DNA of 64,000 nucleotides from Acanthaster planci (Eukaryota): NCBI RefSeq assembly GCF_001949145.1, contig NW_019091355.1, positions 3,888,646 to 3,952,645 of the forward strand, read 5' to 3'. Shown piece by piece: positions 1 to 13,265 of this stretch (position 1 is its first letter; each line of letters starts with the position of its first letter). The notes under the pieces were generated by a model. It saw only the letters and a program-made list of their open reading frames with translations, ran no database searches and was not told where the DNA came from. The position numbers and the translations under genes were made by a program.

Positions 1-1815
1 ATAATTATCTAGTGTTTTGATAGCTACAAGGGATTTTTAACTCAGTGAATTATATCTTATTTTGTACCGACAGCCAACTATAGTTTTAGCAGCATCTTTT
101 AGGAAAAAAAACGACTGTGACGTTAAAAGAGCAGGCCCTGTAAGGTCTAAGGCCTAAAATGTGGCCTCAGTGGAGGATTCCGTCAGAGGCATGAAAACTA
201 GTCTCCTTTAAAGACTGGCAATAAAACCACTTTCCAATTGGAAAGTGTATGGTGTATCCTCAGACAGAGCGTGTAGTGAAAAAAAGTTGACAAGTTGGCC
301 AAAATGACTACCCTTTCTGAACTGCGCAGCGAAGGTCTAAGGATGTGTCCAAATCTCTTGGCTACGGCCGGCAATTACGCACGAGTCTATGGTAGTGGCC
401 GCGGCCAGTTCCCATTGAGTTGTGTGTAAATTCCGGTCGTAGCCAAAACGTGATTCGGACACGGCCTTGTTGGACAATAAAATCCACAATATCCAAACGT
501 TAATCTTTCGGGTTTTTTCCCAGCCATAATTTCCTCTGTGCCCCAAATTATTGTAGGTCCTACATTTGGTTGACTGAAGTGCATTAATCTCGGGTAATTT
601 ACGAACTACCCATTGGCTGTGGAAAACTACACCTTTTGAGGGGAGGTGGAAAGCACCTGTTCATTTTTGTTCTGCAGATTATCCCGCGTGTGTTCGTTCA
701 TTCAGAAATGCGCTGTACTGAGTCCATGGTTTTGTGCAATACATTGTGCAACTTGAATTGTCAATTCGTCGTGTGATGTTGTTAATCCCTTGTGTCTTGT
801 TGTCAGACTATTACGCGATGTTCTCGTTGTGTAGTCCAGGCATTATTCGCGTATAGCCAATGCATTACGTGGCGAGCTATCCCTTTACATAGCAGGTGCC
901 GAATCATATGATGCAGTGAATCTGTTATGTTGTGTTGCCAGCCAATTACATGCATGTGGAATGGTTAAAGCATTACGCTGGCTCTCTACTTGTGTTGTGG
1001 AGCTATCCTGGCATGGGTTTCCATGGCAACATTTGGGCAATACCCCACTGAAAACAGTGGGGTATGGCCCAAATGTTACCATGCAGTGCACTGGCAGGAT
1101 GGCGCCCAGCTTGAATAATTTGGGTTGGCTAATCTGTTGCTCTGAAGTCTGATAGCAATGTCAGAGGGTGGAGAGCCAAGTGACGTAACACTCATGGAAA
1201 GCTATGATTGGTTGCACGTTGTCCAAGCGTTGTGCACACTTACAAACAGTGCGCATGCATATGTATGTTCATGGCGCTCATTACCAAAGTGCGCATGCGC
1301 AAGAGTTGCACTTAACAACAGCATAGAAACATGCTATGTCTGACTTTGCGCGCTCTGATTGCAAGATGAGGCGTCGTCTTTGTCAATAGAGTTCCAGGAA
1401 ACCGAGCACAAATAATTGAATTTTTCATGACAAATCCAAATGATATTAATCACTTCATTTTTCAGTGGCGTTGATTTTGTAAGCTGCCTAAAAATGTAAT
1501 GAAAAATGTGGTTTTAAATAACCCCAAAATTTTTTATTTTTCACAAGAAAAAATTGAGTGTTGCCAAATTTGATTACTATCTATTTAAAATGAGTTTTCC
1601 TGGTCATAAAAGCTAGATACATATAAAGTAGAAGACTGTCTTTATCGATTGCACGCAAAAATTGGGAATCTGCCGGATAAAATTGTTGCAAAATGAAATT
1701 GAATTTGAAACAAATTTTCGCGCCAAATTGTGTGAATCCAGACATTTTATAGTGGAAAAATCCGTCTCATTTCTAATGTAAAATTATCTTTCTGTACCAG
1801 TAAAACTTAATTGCT
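1..1815 (-). repeat. Inverted paralog of 31420-32776
   Basis: 1-26 is the reverse complement of 32751-32776; ~620-1815 is the reverse complement of ~31420-32745. Confidence 0.88.
340..467. mobile_element. ~125-bp MITE (gtgtcc.aatc...gattcggacacggcc); second copy 53645-53766
   Basis: Inverted termini and shared core gagtctatggtagt.gccgcgg.cagttccca in both copies. Confidence 0.7.
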
Positions 1816-2019
1816 AGAGTCAGGAGTTATTGCTTTGTCGAACTTTTGACATAAAATAGGATACCTTTGCACCATATACTCTTGTAAGGGCAGACTTTTG
1901 AGTAACATTCTTGCAGCGGGGAGTCACCGGTTAAGTGTAGTCGTGTATGCACGGTTACATTTTGTACACATGACATGTACATGTACATGTTTACGTTTAT
2001 GCATGTGCTGAGGTGGTGT

Positions 2020-2180
2020 GTGAGGTGTCTTAGCCGTCTCCCGGTCTCAGCGGTCCCCCCTGAATGGCCGGACATTAAACAGACGACTTTCTCGTTGTTA
2101 CGCGCAGAGATGGCATGACGTATTTTACCATATTTGGTAAGGGGGACCACTGAGACCGGGAGGCAGCTGAGACCGCCACA
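2020..2180. mobile_element. MITE with ~35-bp TIRs (ctcccggtctcagcggtccccc / gggggaccactgagaccgggag)
   Basis: Near-perfect inverted repeat seen directly. Confidence 0.65.
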
Positions 2181-4404
2181 GCGGACGCGACGACTTCGAT
2201 GTCAGGGTACCGCGTTGGTCAGTGTTCACAGCAGCGAAAGTGATGAACAGGAAATGTCTCTATTTTTTAACGATTCTACCTTATGAAATGGTATCAGTGC
2301 TGACGAAATCCTCGACATTTGTTTTTGCTGCTACACTTTGGTATTTCACGAGGTCTGTCGCAGTGAAAAATTGTGCGCTGTATTGTCGTCTGCTCTCACG
2401 AAAAAACGTTGTTGTCTGCTTGAAAAATAACCTGGGCATGCGCCCTTGTAATCAACGTCATCTCTACGGGGCAGGAACATACGTGTGCAGTGAAGACAAC
2501 TTTTTAGGTTAGTCACAACTTACGTGAGCAGGGATAGAGCCTGAGGGTAAAGGGTCACACCGCGAGCTTCCGGAACCCTCGCATGGTTCACCTATAGGGA
2601 CTTTACAAGGGGCCCTGCCATCACGTTTGATAATTTATGGAAGAGGGATTCCTTTAAACCGCCCCAAGAAACGTGTCAAAATTTTATCTTTGTGCGCAAG
2701 TAATATTTTGGGAAAAGTCACATGGAGAGTTTTCTAGTTTGTTTCTAGTTCATGTACTGAACCAACATCTGTAAAATCACCACAAATTACACGAAAAACC
2801 TTACACAAGCACAACCAGATGCTGTAAGACTGTCTCACTAAGGCACGTATGAAATACGTGATCGACAAGTCACTCACGCATGCAGATGTTATAAAATTGC
2901 CTGATCAAAAAGTTTGACTCACCCACCAAACCTTGGCTCATGCAGCGTAAGGATTAAAGAGAATTCCGAAAGGGTATAAACTGCTGATCTTTCCTGTTGC
3001 AAACGTTTTGCGAACGGACGCTTCTTGTTTGTTTTCAATAAACGAACAAACTGATTTTTTTTTGTTTGACAAAGCTTGTTCAACACAAATCTGACATATT
3101 TTCTGCTGGAATCACAGTATTCTGCCAGAACTCTGTTTAAAACATCATCCTGCTAAATTTGTGTCTTTTTGTGTTTTTTTAAGCATGGCAAAACAAAAAC
3201 AAACAAAAAACATACAAGTATCAGTCAAATTTAGCAGCAAATCGGCAGACACGGTTACCTTGTGTCCAGTTTCCACTTCGGACCACATCGTTATGCTTCG
3301 GTTGTAATGATATGGCGACATGTGTTTTGCGTGGAGAAACGTTTTTTCTGAAAAAAATAAAGTTTTACTTCAAACTGATCCCAATTCTCCTTTAGCTTGT
3401 ATTTTACAGTTATTTTCCTATTCTTTCAAGTTATAATGGGTTTGCTTGAAAGGATATTAGCTCTTAATGCTTTCAGTATGATCTACGTGTACTACACACA
3501 GTGCATTAAGCCTTTGGCGAGTTAAATTTGAATAAAATCTGATACACTGGGTCATCTGATTGCTACCGAAGCGAAAAAGGTTTAACCCACTGTTTCGCCT
3601 GGGCGGATTACTAATTCGCTCGGGCGAATTAGTATGCCATCCCTGGCGGATTAATCCTGAAATTGTGAAAACACACCCTGCCACTTGGTAAGCCAAATAA
3701 TTTTTTAGTCATGGCCTTACTACGGTTTCTTATAAGTACGCTTCCGTAGATTGCACATAAACCAAATAATTTGAATTCTCCAGACTAAAGACACTGTCGC
3801 TGTACCTCGTGATTCTGGGTAAGCTTTTGCATAGCGACTGCCATCTCTGGGATATTGCCCTTCTTATCCATTGAAACAGTGTATATTGCCCAAGGCGTCT
3901 CTTGTGTAACTAAGCAAATGCTTGGCCCGAATTATGAGGCATAGCAACAGACTCTTTAGTGTGAAAAACTAAAATTGTTATGTTCCCGTGAATTTGAAGA
4001 ACCCAGAGTACCAGATTTTATTCAAATTTAAAGGGTTTATTTGCACCAGCTAACGGATGTGGCATTTTTAAAATTGGGAAACATATTTTCCAACAATGGT
4101 CAGTCGACAACGCGTTAAAAAAGAATGTCTTCTCGATGCAAACATTCTTGGCGAAAAAAAGCTCAGATCACCCGAGACTGTTATGTTCTTTCTCTCAAGT
4201 AAGATATTCAAGTATTATTCGGCAGTTCCATTTTGTGATTTTACCGATGCTGTATTCTATCTTTAACACAACGTACCATGTTTCATACAACATAAAAAAT
4301 TATGAAACGTGCAGAGTTAGAGAAAGGTGGAGGTTAAGGTTTAAGAGTAAACCGAATAACACCTGTCCAGTTTTTTTGTGGAAAACCGATGGGGAGCGAG
4401 TTGG

Positions 4405-4411
4405 TATATAA
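4405..4411 (+). promoter_or_regulatory. TATA box of SAPLIP copy 1
   Basis: TATATAA 161 nt upstream of the ATG; same position in copy 2 (34807, 161 nt) and copy 3 (50022, 160 nt). Confidence 0.7.
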
Positions 4412-4565
4412 GACCCAACGATTTCTTCTTCCAACGAGATTCGTCCTGCGGCAACTCTGACCAGCTACTCACTGCGGGTCTTCTAGTTGCATTTACTAAG
4501 TGCGCGGTCAGTGCAGACGCTTGCGTACACATCTGTTCTCAATTTCCGATTGACTGGTCACAACC

Positions 4566-7348
4566 ATGACAAATTTCCTTGGTCTGCTGATCCTCTTTGC
4601 TGTGGTGATGAGTGCAAATGGTTTGTTCAATCTATTTCTTTTATTTATTATAATTTTTTATTCTTTCTTTGCAGGGTGCGTACATCCAGTGAAATAATTT
4701 CTGGCCCTCTTGTAGGACTGATTTTTAAGGCCGGGTCGTACTTTAGGCGAATGCAGAAGCGAAGTAGACGTGTTCGTTTGTGCACTGCATGGACCTGGTT
4801 GTACACCTGATTCGAGCAATAAAAGATGCACTTGGCGTAAAAATTCTTCTCTGCTTCCGGAATCAAAACTACAACGGCTAGTAATTTGTCCAGTGTCCTC
4901 TTTTAACAANNNNNNNNNNNNNNNNNNNNNNNNNNNNNNNNNNNNNNNNNNNNNNNNNNNNNNNNNNNNNNNNNNNNNNNNNNNNNNNNNNNNNNNNNNN
5001 NNNNNNNNNNNNNNNNNNNNNNNNNNNNNNNNNNNNNNNNNNNNNNNNNNNNNNNNNNNNNNNNNNNNNNNNNNNNNNNNNNNNNNNNNNNNNNNNNNNN
5101 NNNNNNNNNNNNNNNNNNNNNNNNNNNNNNNNNNNNNNNNNNNNNNNNNNNNNNNNNNNNNNNNNNNNNNNNNNNNNNNNNNNNNNNNNNNNNNNNNNNN
5201 NNNNNNNNNNNNNNNNGTCAATGATGTTGAAATGGAAGCAACGTACACACAAGCCACAGTTATTAATTTCATTGCTCCTTTAAAAAAATGAGTGCACTCC
5301 TGGACATCTTCCTCTCAGGCCAGAAATTTATTTCACTTTTCGTTACTGTTCACGAGTTGAATGTAGAAAACACTATTATTTTCACTGAGAAAAATCTGAC
5401 ACGGCTTGGAATTTGTTCTGGGGATATGGTAGACGTAAACACGTCACTGGCTGCCCTGAAGCTTCGCCAATCTCACCGTTACGGCACGACTTTAATGGCG
5501 AAGCAATAATATAGTTCTTGGAACAAATTGTTAAGTTGGTATTGCTCATTTGCTGTTCCAAAGTAGGCGCAGGTGGTGCCTGTACGACAGGATTCCACTA
5601 ACCGAGTACCTTTGTGTGACATTTATTTCTGATTGCCATCACATTGTTTTTTCTCATTTAATCTGAAGGTCGCCAGCTTCAAGAGGTGTTCTCCACCCCT
5701 CAGAACGGCCCGTTTCTTTGCATGTGGTGCGACATGGTTGTGACCTTCGTCAGGAATGTGTCGACCGACAGGGACTTTTTGGTGAGAAAAACTCATGCTT
5801 ACCAAAGAAGAAACTTGTGATCAGAGATTCTTTTGAATAACTGACACAAAGTAATTATGACTCACCACCACTGAAACTGAGAAAGAACATGCTGGTTCCA
5901 GCGTTACTCATGGTGCGGCATACGCACGTGACGGTACTGTTTTCATGACGTTGTTGTCAAAAGGTTATTTCAGGGTGCACGATCATCTGCATGAAGACAA
6001 AACATTTGACGAGACAACAGACTTCCTAGTTGTACATTACCAGCGAGTTTCGCAGATTACCGGACTGCGTTTCATTCGTCGTTTTTCTCAAATTAAGCCC
6101 ACGTTTAAGTTACAAAATCTGTGTCTCGACCTCACCATTTGACATTGATATGCTCACGGTATGAGCACGAAAAAAAACAATCGTATCTCTGTATTCATTC
6201 TTCACACTCTCAACCACCTGTTGGCCGCTTGGCCAAGTTCTGTGGTATATTTTGTGCATTATTTGTTCAATACACATGATGCATGCTTTGGTAACGATCA
6301 CAATAGGTCTATAAAAATCGACGTCTCCCCATGTATTGCTTACACAGGACTTGTTAGTCAAAAACAGGAAGGAGGCTTGTCACTTCTGGAGTCCTGCAGG
6401 CTTCGAAAAGTACTGTGAAGACTATGTGAACGAAATACCACACTCCATTGCACTATTTGCCGACGAATACCTGGTAAGTCCTTTTACAATTGTGTCCCAA
6501 TTATGGTAAGGTTATAATCATCACTCATCGTTGAAATCCCACAGAGTCCTGACTACAGACAGGGCATACCGCCCAGAACGTTGAGCCTCCCTCGCGGTTC
6601 TTTTCGGAACCTAGGAGAATACTGCGCGTACGGGGCACCTGTAACTCACTTCACCGTGCAAATCCTTCAATCGTATGAGGCTAGGATGCCTTCTGCTTTG
6701 TTCAAAGACAGAAACTTCCCTCAATTTGAAAATGGGAACTGAGGCAAAAATTTAAAATGAAGCCAAATAACTCAGAAAGTTGCAATGAAGGGAGATTTCA
6801 AGCTCTGGCTATTCACTGAGTTGCTATCATCCTGTTCCTTTCTCATTCGGGCAGAGAAAACTTTCCAGCGAAACTGTCCTCTTTAGTTATACCGGAGGAA
6901 ATGCATGATTTCATCAGCTCAAAAACTGTACAGAGTGAAAAAAGTGACGGGATCTTTAAACCAACCTCAAATCTGCTTTACCCTCACAGGTGAAAGGGGG
7001 TTGAGTGACTTGTCTAATATCCGTATATGCCATCGATGGATTCAACCCCCCAGACCCTATGATTGTTAGTTATAACACCCTAGTCACTAGGGTACGTCCA
7101 ACATTAATTCTCGGGTGTAGGCATTGCACAATGGAACTTTACAGTTAGGTTTTCACACTATTGTAGTATGTCTGTGACTCCGAAATTAAAAGTGCGTGAT
7201 GCATTTTCTCATGCACTCCACACCACAGGATCCGGCGAAGGACTGCGCAACGGTTTGCCGTGGTCAGGAGCCCGATCAGCAGCACCCGACGGCTCTAAAT
7301 AACTTTGTCCAGAAGATGAAAAGCGATTACGAGAAGTTCTGGAAGTAG
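4566..7348 (+). CDS. Secreted saposin-like protein (SAPLIP), copy 1; spliced, exons 4566-4620, [exon 2 predicted inside the N-gap 4910-5216], 5669-5781, 6348-6473, 7229-7348
   Basis: caaccATG start. Exon 1 = MTNFLGLLILFAVVMSAN(G) (signal peptide), donor gtttgt. Exons 3-5 are GT-AG bounded and in frame: GRQLQEVFSTPQNGPFLCMWCDMVVTFVRNVSTDRDFL/DLLVKNRKEACHFWSPAGFEKYCEDYVNEIPHSIALFADEYL/DPAKDCATVCRGQEPDQQHPTALNNFVQKMKSDYEKFWK*. Six Cys spaced C-x2-C-x27-C-x11-C-x24-C-x3-C, an N-V-S sequon after helix 1 and a Pro in helix 4/5 match the saposin B fold. Same exon structure in two paralogs. Confidence 0.88.
4910..5216. other. Assembly gap (N) that should contain exon 2 of SAPLIP copy 1
   Basis: Flanks match 35421 and ~35768 of copy 2, which enclose exon 2 (35537-35626). 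Confidence 0.9.
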
Positions 7349-8519
7349 GAACTACTGCCATCCGACCCGGAGAAATCGACAACTGCGACGTAACAAATGT
7401 TCTTGTGGTTGTTATTCAATTTTGTGACGCTGAAATGTGTGAGAAAGAAAATTCTTAGAGTTTGTTACAGACTAATACCCACAGCTTGATTGCTTTGCAT
7501 TAACAATTTGCTATTGCTAGACACTTTGTAGTAAATACCGTACGGATCTTATAGGGAGGCATTCATCACAAGGAAGATATTTGACGGTCTGATAACGCTT
7601 TTGGTACCAGAAGGAAACCCATTTCCCCCCATTTTTGTCCGATAGTTTGATAGTTTATAGCGTCATAATTATGACATTGTTTACAAAGTTTAGTTTGGTT
7701 AGATTGAAACGTTTGAAAGTTCGAGGGGGCCAAAGTATGTACACAGGTCTATGGGAATTACTCCCTGAGGTGTCAGCTGAGGGTATAATATTGCTGCAAA
7801 AAATTTATTAGAGAGGGTATTTGGCAAGCAAATCTTCCTTTCAAGGATCTTTTTATATGCATGGTTCCTACATGTAAATCAATCAGTAAGGAAAACTGAA
7901 GAAAACTTGTCCTGCGCGTGTGGAGCCTTTATTATTGATAAAATCAAGATGATGTTATACCACATCCTACAGCTCGTTCTCTTAAAGACGCAAAGCCACA
8001 GGCCTGGTTTCCATGTGGTCGCTTGTATTAACGCAGACGGTCCACAAGACGTGAAGACGCAGACACGAACGGAAGAGACGGTGCATGACGTCATTCCGCC
8101 CAAAAATTGAAATAAATGGCGTCCGAAACTCGGGGATTTTTTGTTGGAAATGGCCATTTCGATTGACTGTACTTCATCATGACACCAAACCCGTACTCCA
8201 GTTTCATGCATTTTACTGATGACCAGCTATTTAGTTGACCATAATGGTGTAAAAATGGGCAAATCTTCATGAAACTGAGCGGGAGGGACATCGTTACACC
8301 ACGGCTTCTCGACGCAAACAGTCGGCAAAGTTGAACCTGCCTCAACTTCGCCGATCGTCCGCGGGCTGGTTTGAGTTTGTCTGCGTTGTTGGCGACACTT
8401 CTGTTTGGCATGTTTCCATTTGTCTGCGTTGCAGTTTGCGTCTTGATTGCGTTGCTGTCTGCGTTTCTTTCGTCGATATGGAAACCAAGCTTACTCATGG
8501 TTCGGCGCTCTCAGAAAAT

Positions 8520-11500
8520 TAACTTGGAATACTCAAACTGAAATAAGGAAACGGAAAGACAGCCCCAGGAGTCACGTGAATGAGACCCCGTAACAAGCTA
8601 TACAACCCCACTAGTGTCACCACGGTCTTGTTGAAATTCGCAAAAAAGTCTCGTTTAAGTCAGAGAGAGAGGAGCGCTTCGCACTCCAACTAACCCAAAC
8701 CTAAAGACCTAATTAGCACATCATTTACTCAACATTATGTTACACTTGTTTTTTTCTTTCCCTCAACATGTTCAGTGAGTATATCAGCATAATTAAGATG
8801 TGCAGACATAGTATAGACGCTGTAAATGTATATCCAGTGTATTTTTAATGTATACGATGTCAAATTAGGAATTGTTAAGAGAAGCAAAACATAATTCTAT
8901 CTTCCAAGTTCCAGTTTGGGTCATCTCAAATGGAATACAACCTCAAATGGAATACGAAATGTAATGCCGTCATCTCAATGATGGAATACAACCAGTGTAC
9001 AAATTGGCATTGTCTGAAAAGTAAACAATGTAACAGTGGCAAATAGATTGCTCAGCATTAATAAATTACTGCTGGAGAAAAGAAGATTCTTTGAGATTTT
9101 TTTAAAATCTATACTGCCGGATAAACATGAACTTTAATCTTATTAACCTTTGTCCCGTCGGTAATCAGTAAGTCGTTACAGTGCCTGGTCCCTAGGGATG
9201 ATACATGAAAATTCATTTCATCGCTTCATTAATTGGTACCAGCTGCAGTCGTTGAATTTGGGCCGAGTTCGCACTAAAGTCAGTTTCGATGACTCCTTTT
9301 GTTTAATGGGGACTATCCCTGGTCGCCAAAAGCAAACAAGCTGAGATAGAGAGCCTCTTCATGAGCAGTCTTAACTTGCACCATTTCTAGGAGACCAACC
9401 ATTTGCAGCATTGAGAAGTGATGGTTCGTATCTTTATAGGAGTACAGGGGGCAAACAAAACCGAGGACCAACAACTTACCCTTGGAGAATGCCATGCCAT
9501 GCATAATCCAGGCACCAAGGTTCTGGCGGTGGCGCACGGGGGGGGGGCGTGCGTCCAAGCAGGGAGCCATACCCTTGGGCTGACCCCCTCGGTAATTTAT
9601 ATGCATAAGAGGCCTATAAGCCGCAGATTATCAGCTTGTGGGCCTACAGACATTAAGGTTACATAGTACATACACTATTGTTATAACGCCTTTGGGGTCG
9701 CAGGCAACCTTGAGCTTGTATTTGCGATCCGAGAGGTGGTACCGTGGCAGCTGCATTATCATGTGACGGATAAGGGAGAGTCAACAAGTCAAGGAGGCAG
9801 CTAGACAACTATACCAATATGAAAGATTTGACACATTCAACCATGATTCAACCGACAGCTGCACATGATCTCGGGATTACAACATTGCTACGTAAGGAAG
9901 GGGATTGCCAGATCTGAGAAGCACCGTACCTAATGCTTTCATGGTGTGAGAATCGTTAGGCCTGTGCGTGACACTTTCTAACGATGTAAATACATGTAGT
10001 AATTCAGCGGGCATTTGGAATGTTAACAGAGGCCAGTTGAAAACTGCCAATTCTCCTGTTTTGTTTTGTTCAAAACTATTCCATAAAATCTATAAACAAG
10101 AGCTTAATATAGTAACACTGGGTCCTAGTAGACAAATGCCTCTAGAATTCGATGTAATACATTTAATGCTTTTCGACAATCGCTTTCGAAAATTATGAAC
10201 ATGAATTGTTTCTTTTATTTTCCCTTTTTTGGCGGATTGGGTGGGTTTGGCCTGCCATTTAAAAATCCAGCTCTAGATTCACAACACGAGAAAAGTCACG
10301 ATATTCGGCGAGTTGTAACAATAAGAAAAGAAAGGAATGTCGGTACGTAGCCTAAACGTGAAGTTTGTTTATTGCGGTCGTGTCATAAAATCTGATGGAA
10401 CTCAAATGTTGATATGGAGATGGCTGACTTTCAGGGGTCTTTCCTCCCAGCATCGTCAACATCGTGACATCGTTGAAAAGAAGAGATAGCAGTACCGAAG
10501 AACAAAACAGTGAACGTTTTAAGAGCATAATTATTTATACTAACACAGGCAATGCCAGTGCGTCACGCGCACGCGCTGTCATCATATCATTTTGCTCCAT
10601 TCTACCTCCATGGCAGAAGCACCTCTCTCGATTGAAAAGAGGCATATGTTGGTCGGGGAATGTTTATTTTAATGGTAGCTACGCGACCATAACGCGTGCA
10701 TTTTATAATTGTTTGTGAAAAAACGAGGTGCAGTTCCGATCAAAGGAGCCTCCGTTGCTAGAAAAATTGCGCACTCTCTTGGTCCAGATCGGAGCTCATT
10801 GGTCAAAGCGGCATGCAACGCGCAGGTACCACCTGTCCACGAGCGTTGTGCCACTCCACGGTAACGACTTCTAATTTGGTTGCTGAATTACACTTTCTGT
10901 CTACATGCACCGCACGAAGTTCACCACTCTACTTCACTTTGACGTCGACTTCCACATCTGACAACTTCTTAACTATTACGCAACAGTGCCTTAAGCGAGA
11001 TTTTCCTGTCTTCTGTGTTATGTTACTCATTTGGTGCAGGCGCTTGTCTTCATCGCTCTCAAAAACGACACTCAAGCTGAAATGGAGGATAACGGAAAGA
11101 CAGCCCAAGTGGTCACGTGAATGAGACCCCATAACAAGCTAATACAACCGCATCAGTGTTACCGCGGCAAAAAAGGCCTCGTTTAGGTCAGAGGAGAGAA
11201 AAACACATCACTTCAGCTGACCTTGTCAAAGATTTAAGTAGCGCGACTTTTACTCAACATTATCTTAAACTTTTTTTCTCCAACATGTTGACTGAGTATT
11301 TCAGCATAGTTAAGATGTGCAGACAGTAGTATAGACGCTGTATATAAATCTCTGGTGTATTTTTGAAGTGTATGTATACGATATCAAATAAGCAAGGGTT
11401 GAGAGAAGCAAAACATAATTCTACCTTCCAGCAGAAGTCATCTCAAATGAAATAGAACCAGGGTACACATGGGGTAAACGACATAGTCTGAAACATAACT

Positions 11501-12460
11501 ATGTAACAAGGGCAAATGGATTGCTAAACATTAATACATTACTGCTGCAGAAAAGAAGATTCTTTGGGATTGTCTTTAGAATCGACTGCCGGTAAAAACT
11601 GTAATCTTTTCAACCAAGGCTTGTCTCTGGGTCTGTAATCCGTAAATCGCTACAGCGCATGGTCCCTATGCAGGGATGGTACATAAACGTTCATTTTATT
11701 GCTGCACGAGTTCAAGTACCGGCTGCAGTCACAGAATTTGGGCTGAGTTTTGACTACTTAGGGGGCCAAAAGTCAGTTTTGATGCCATGCTTAATCCAGG
11801 CACAAAGGTTCAGACAGTGGAGACGGAGAGGGGGCTCGTGTGCCCAATAATTTATGTACATGACAGGCCTACAAGCCGTGATTTATCAACTTGTGGGCCA
11901 CATGCTTTAAAGTGCCCCACTGAACCTTTGGGTTCAGATCACTCACGGACAACATTGAGCCTGTTTGCGATCCAAGAGGTAGGGCCTATAGTCTGGGATA
12001 CATTTTGAGCCGTGGCAGGTGCATCATCACATGTAGGGAGAGTCAACAAGTCAAGAAGGCAGACTACTACTAATGCTTATCTATTATATGAAAGTGTTTG
12101 ACACATTCAACCGACAGCTGCACATGACGTCGGGATTCCAAGATTGCTACGTGAGGGAATTGGAAAGTCAGAGAAGCACATTTAAGGCCTAACGCTTACA
12201 TAGTGCGAGAATTGTTGGGCCTGTGCGCGACGATTTCTGACATGAACGATGTAAGTACATGTAGTAATTCAGCAGGCATTTGGGTTGTTGATAGAGGCCA
12301 GTTGAAAACTGCCAATTCTCGCGTTTTGTTTCAGTGTGTTGCAAACAACTCCATGCTCTATAACTTCGAGCTACAATCGCACTCAGAGATAATGAATGTG
12401 ACTTGTTTCTTTTAGTTTTTTCATGGCGGGTCGGGTGGGTTTGAGTGTGCCAACCTTTCA
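8520..12460 (+). repeat. Local tandem duplication: ~8520-10260 and ~11050-12460
   Basis: Shared blocks, e.g. gtcacgtgaatgagacccc, ttaagatgtgcagaca.tagtatagacgctg, gggagagtcaacaagtcaag and agaggccagttgaaaactgccaattctc. Only one copy is present after gene 2 (38897-40280). Confidence 0.82.
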
Positions 12461-12934
12461 TATAATTTATACCTAGGGGTGTAGTCTATGCTAATTCAAG
12501 TGAGAATTTCTGGCCAGCTCATTAGCATTAAAAGTCCCCCACAGTATCTTTTGAAAATGGAAATTGTTTGGCCCCCCAAATGATGAGATTGTGTGAATCA
12601 TTGTCAGGATCAACTCCCTGGGTCTTTAAACTTCCATATGAGAACAAAATCGCCAAATAATACAGTTGGAAAATGATCCTAAGTGCCCGAGAAATTTGAG
12701 GGTTGCCACTTGAAAAATGGCTGCAATCAGACTTCGGAAAAATCACTTGTTGAAGGTGATTTGTTTTGTGGGAATAATTAAAAATGTAATTGGTGAACCC
12801 ACAAAAATTTTACAAGAAATTGAAAGATTAGGGACCAGACAGTAATTTAATTTGTGTTTCAGAAATCCCATGGATGTTGGTATGTATGTTATTGGGCCCT
12901 GAAGAGTGCTGATTTTACACTGTTTTCAATGGGG

Positions 12935-13265
12935 CTTGAAATCTTTCCACCATCCCATCTGATCTGGGATTACAGGCGGTGGATCTGGTCTTTTGTCACG
13001 CCAAGTATCCGACATATCTCAATGAAAACTTGAGATTTGAAATGGTGTCCCGGTCGAAGCTTCTCGTGGAACACCAAACTGACGTAGGCACTCTCGCACA
13101 GTGAGTGCTAATGTCTCGGCAGTGGTATCTGGAAGGGGGTATATGCCCCCATCCACTTTGTATGGCAGTCTCTTACTGCCCAAATCCATTGATTTCTACT
13201 GTCCGTCTTCGGCAGGGGCCCGAGAAAATCTATGACATCCTTCTCAATAAGCGCGCCTGCTCAGC
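12935..13265 (-). mobile_element. Gypsy/Ty3 LTR-retrotransposon integrase remnant (degenerate pol sequence may extend to ~14150)
   Basis: AGALIEKDVIDFLGPLPKTDSRNQWIWAVRDCHTKWMGAY/PLPDTTAETLA...RQFGVP...TRSTACNPRSDGMVERF: RVE integrase motifs DxxGPLP, DxFTKW, FGxP and YxPQSDGMVERF, with frameshifts. Confidence 0.85.

Larger units (their letters stand above)
2780..12460 (+). repeat. Segmental duplication block (SAPLIP copy 1 unit), direct paralog of ~33000-40280
   Basis: Collinear matches 2780-2960~33000-33170, 3710-4909~34080-35420, 5217-8010~35768-38690 and 10995-12185~38897-40280. Confidence 0.9.

Noticed and set aside
4658..5291. Long ORFs 4658-5272, 4770-5291 and 4878-5252
   Set aside because: Artefacts of reading through the N gap; they lie in introns of SAPLIP copy 1.
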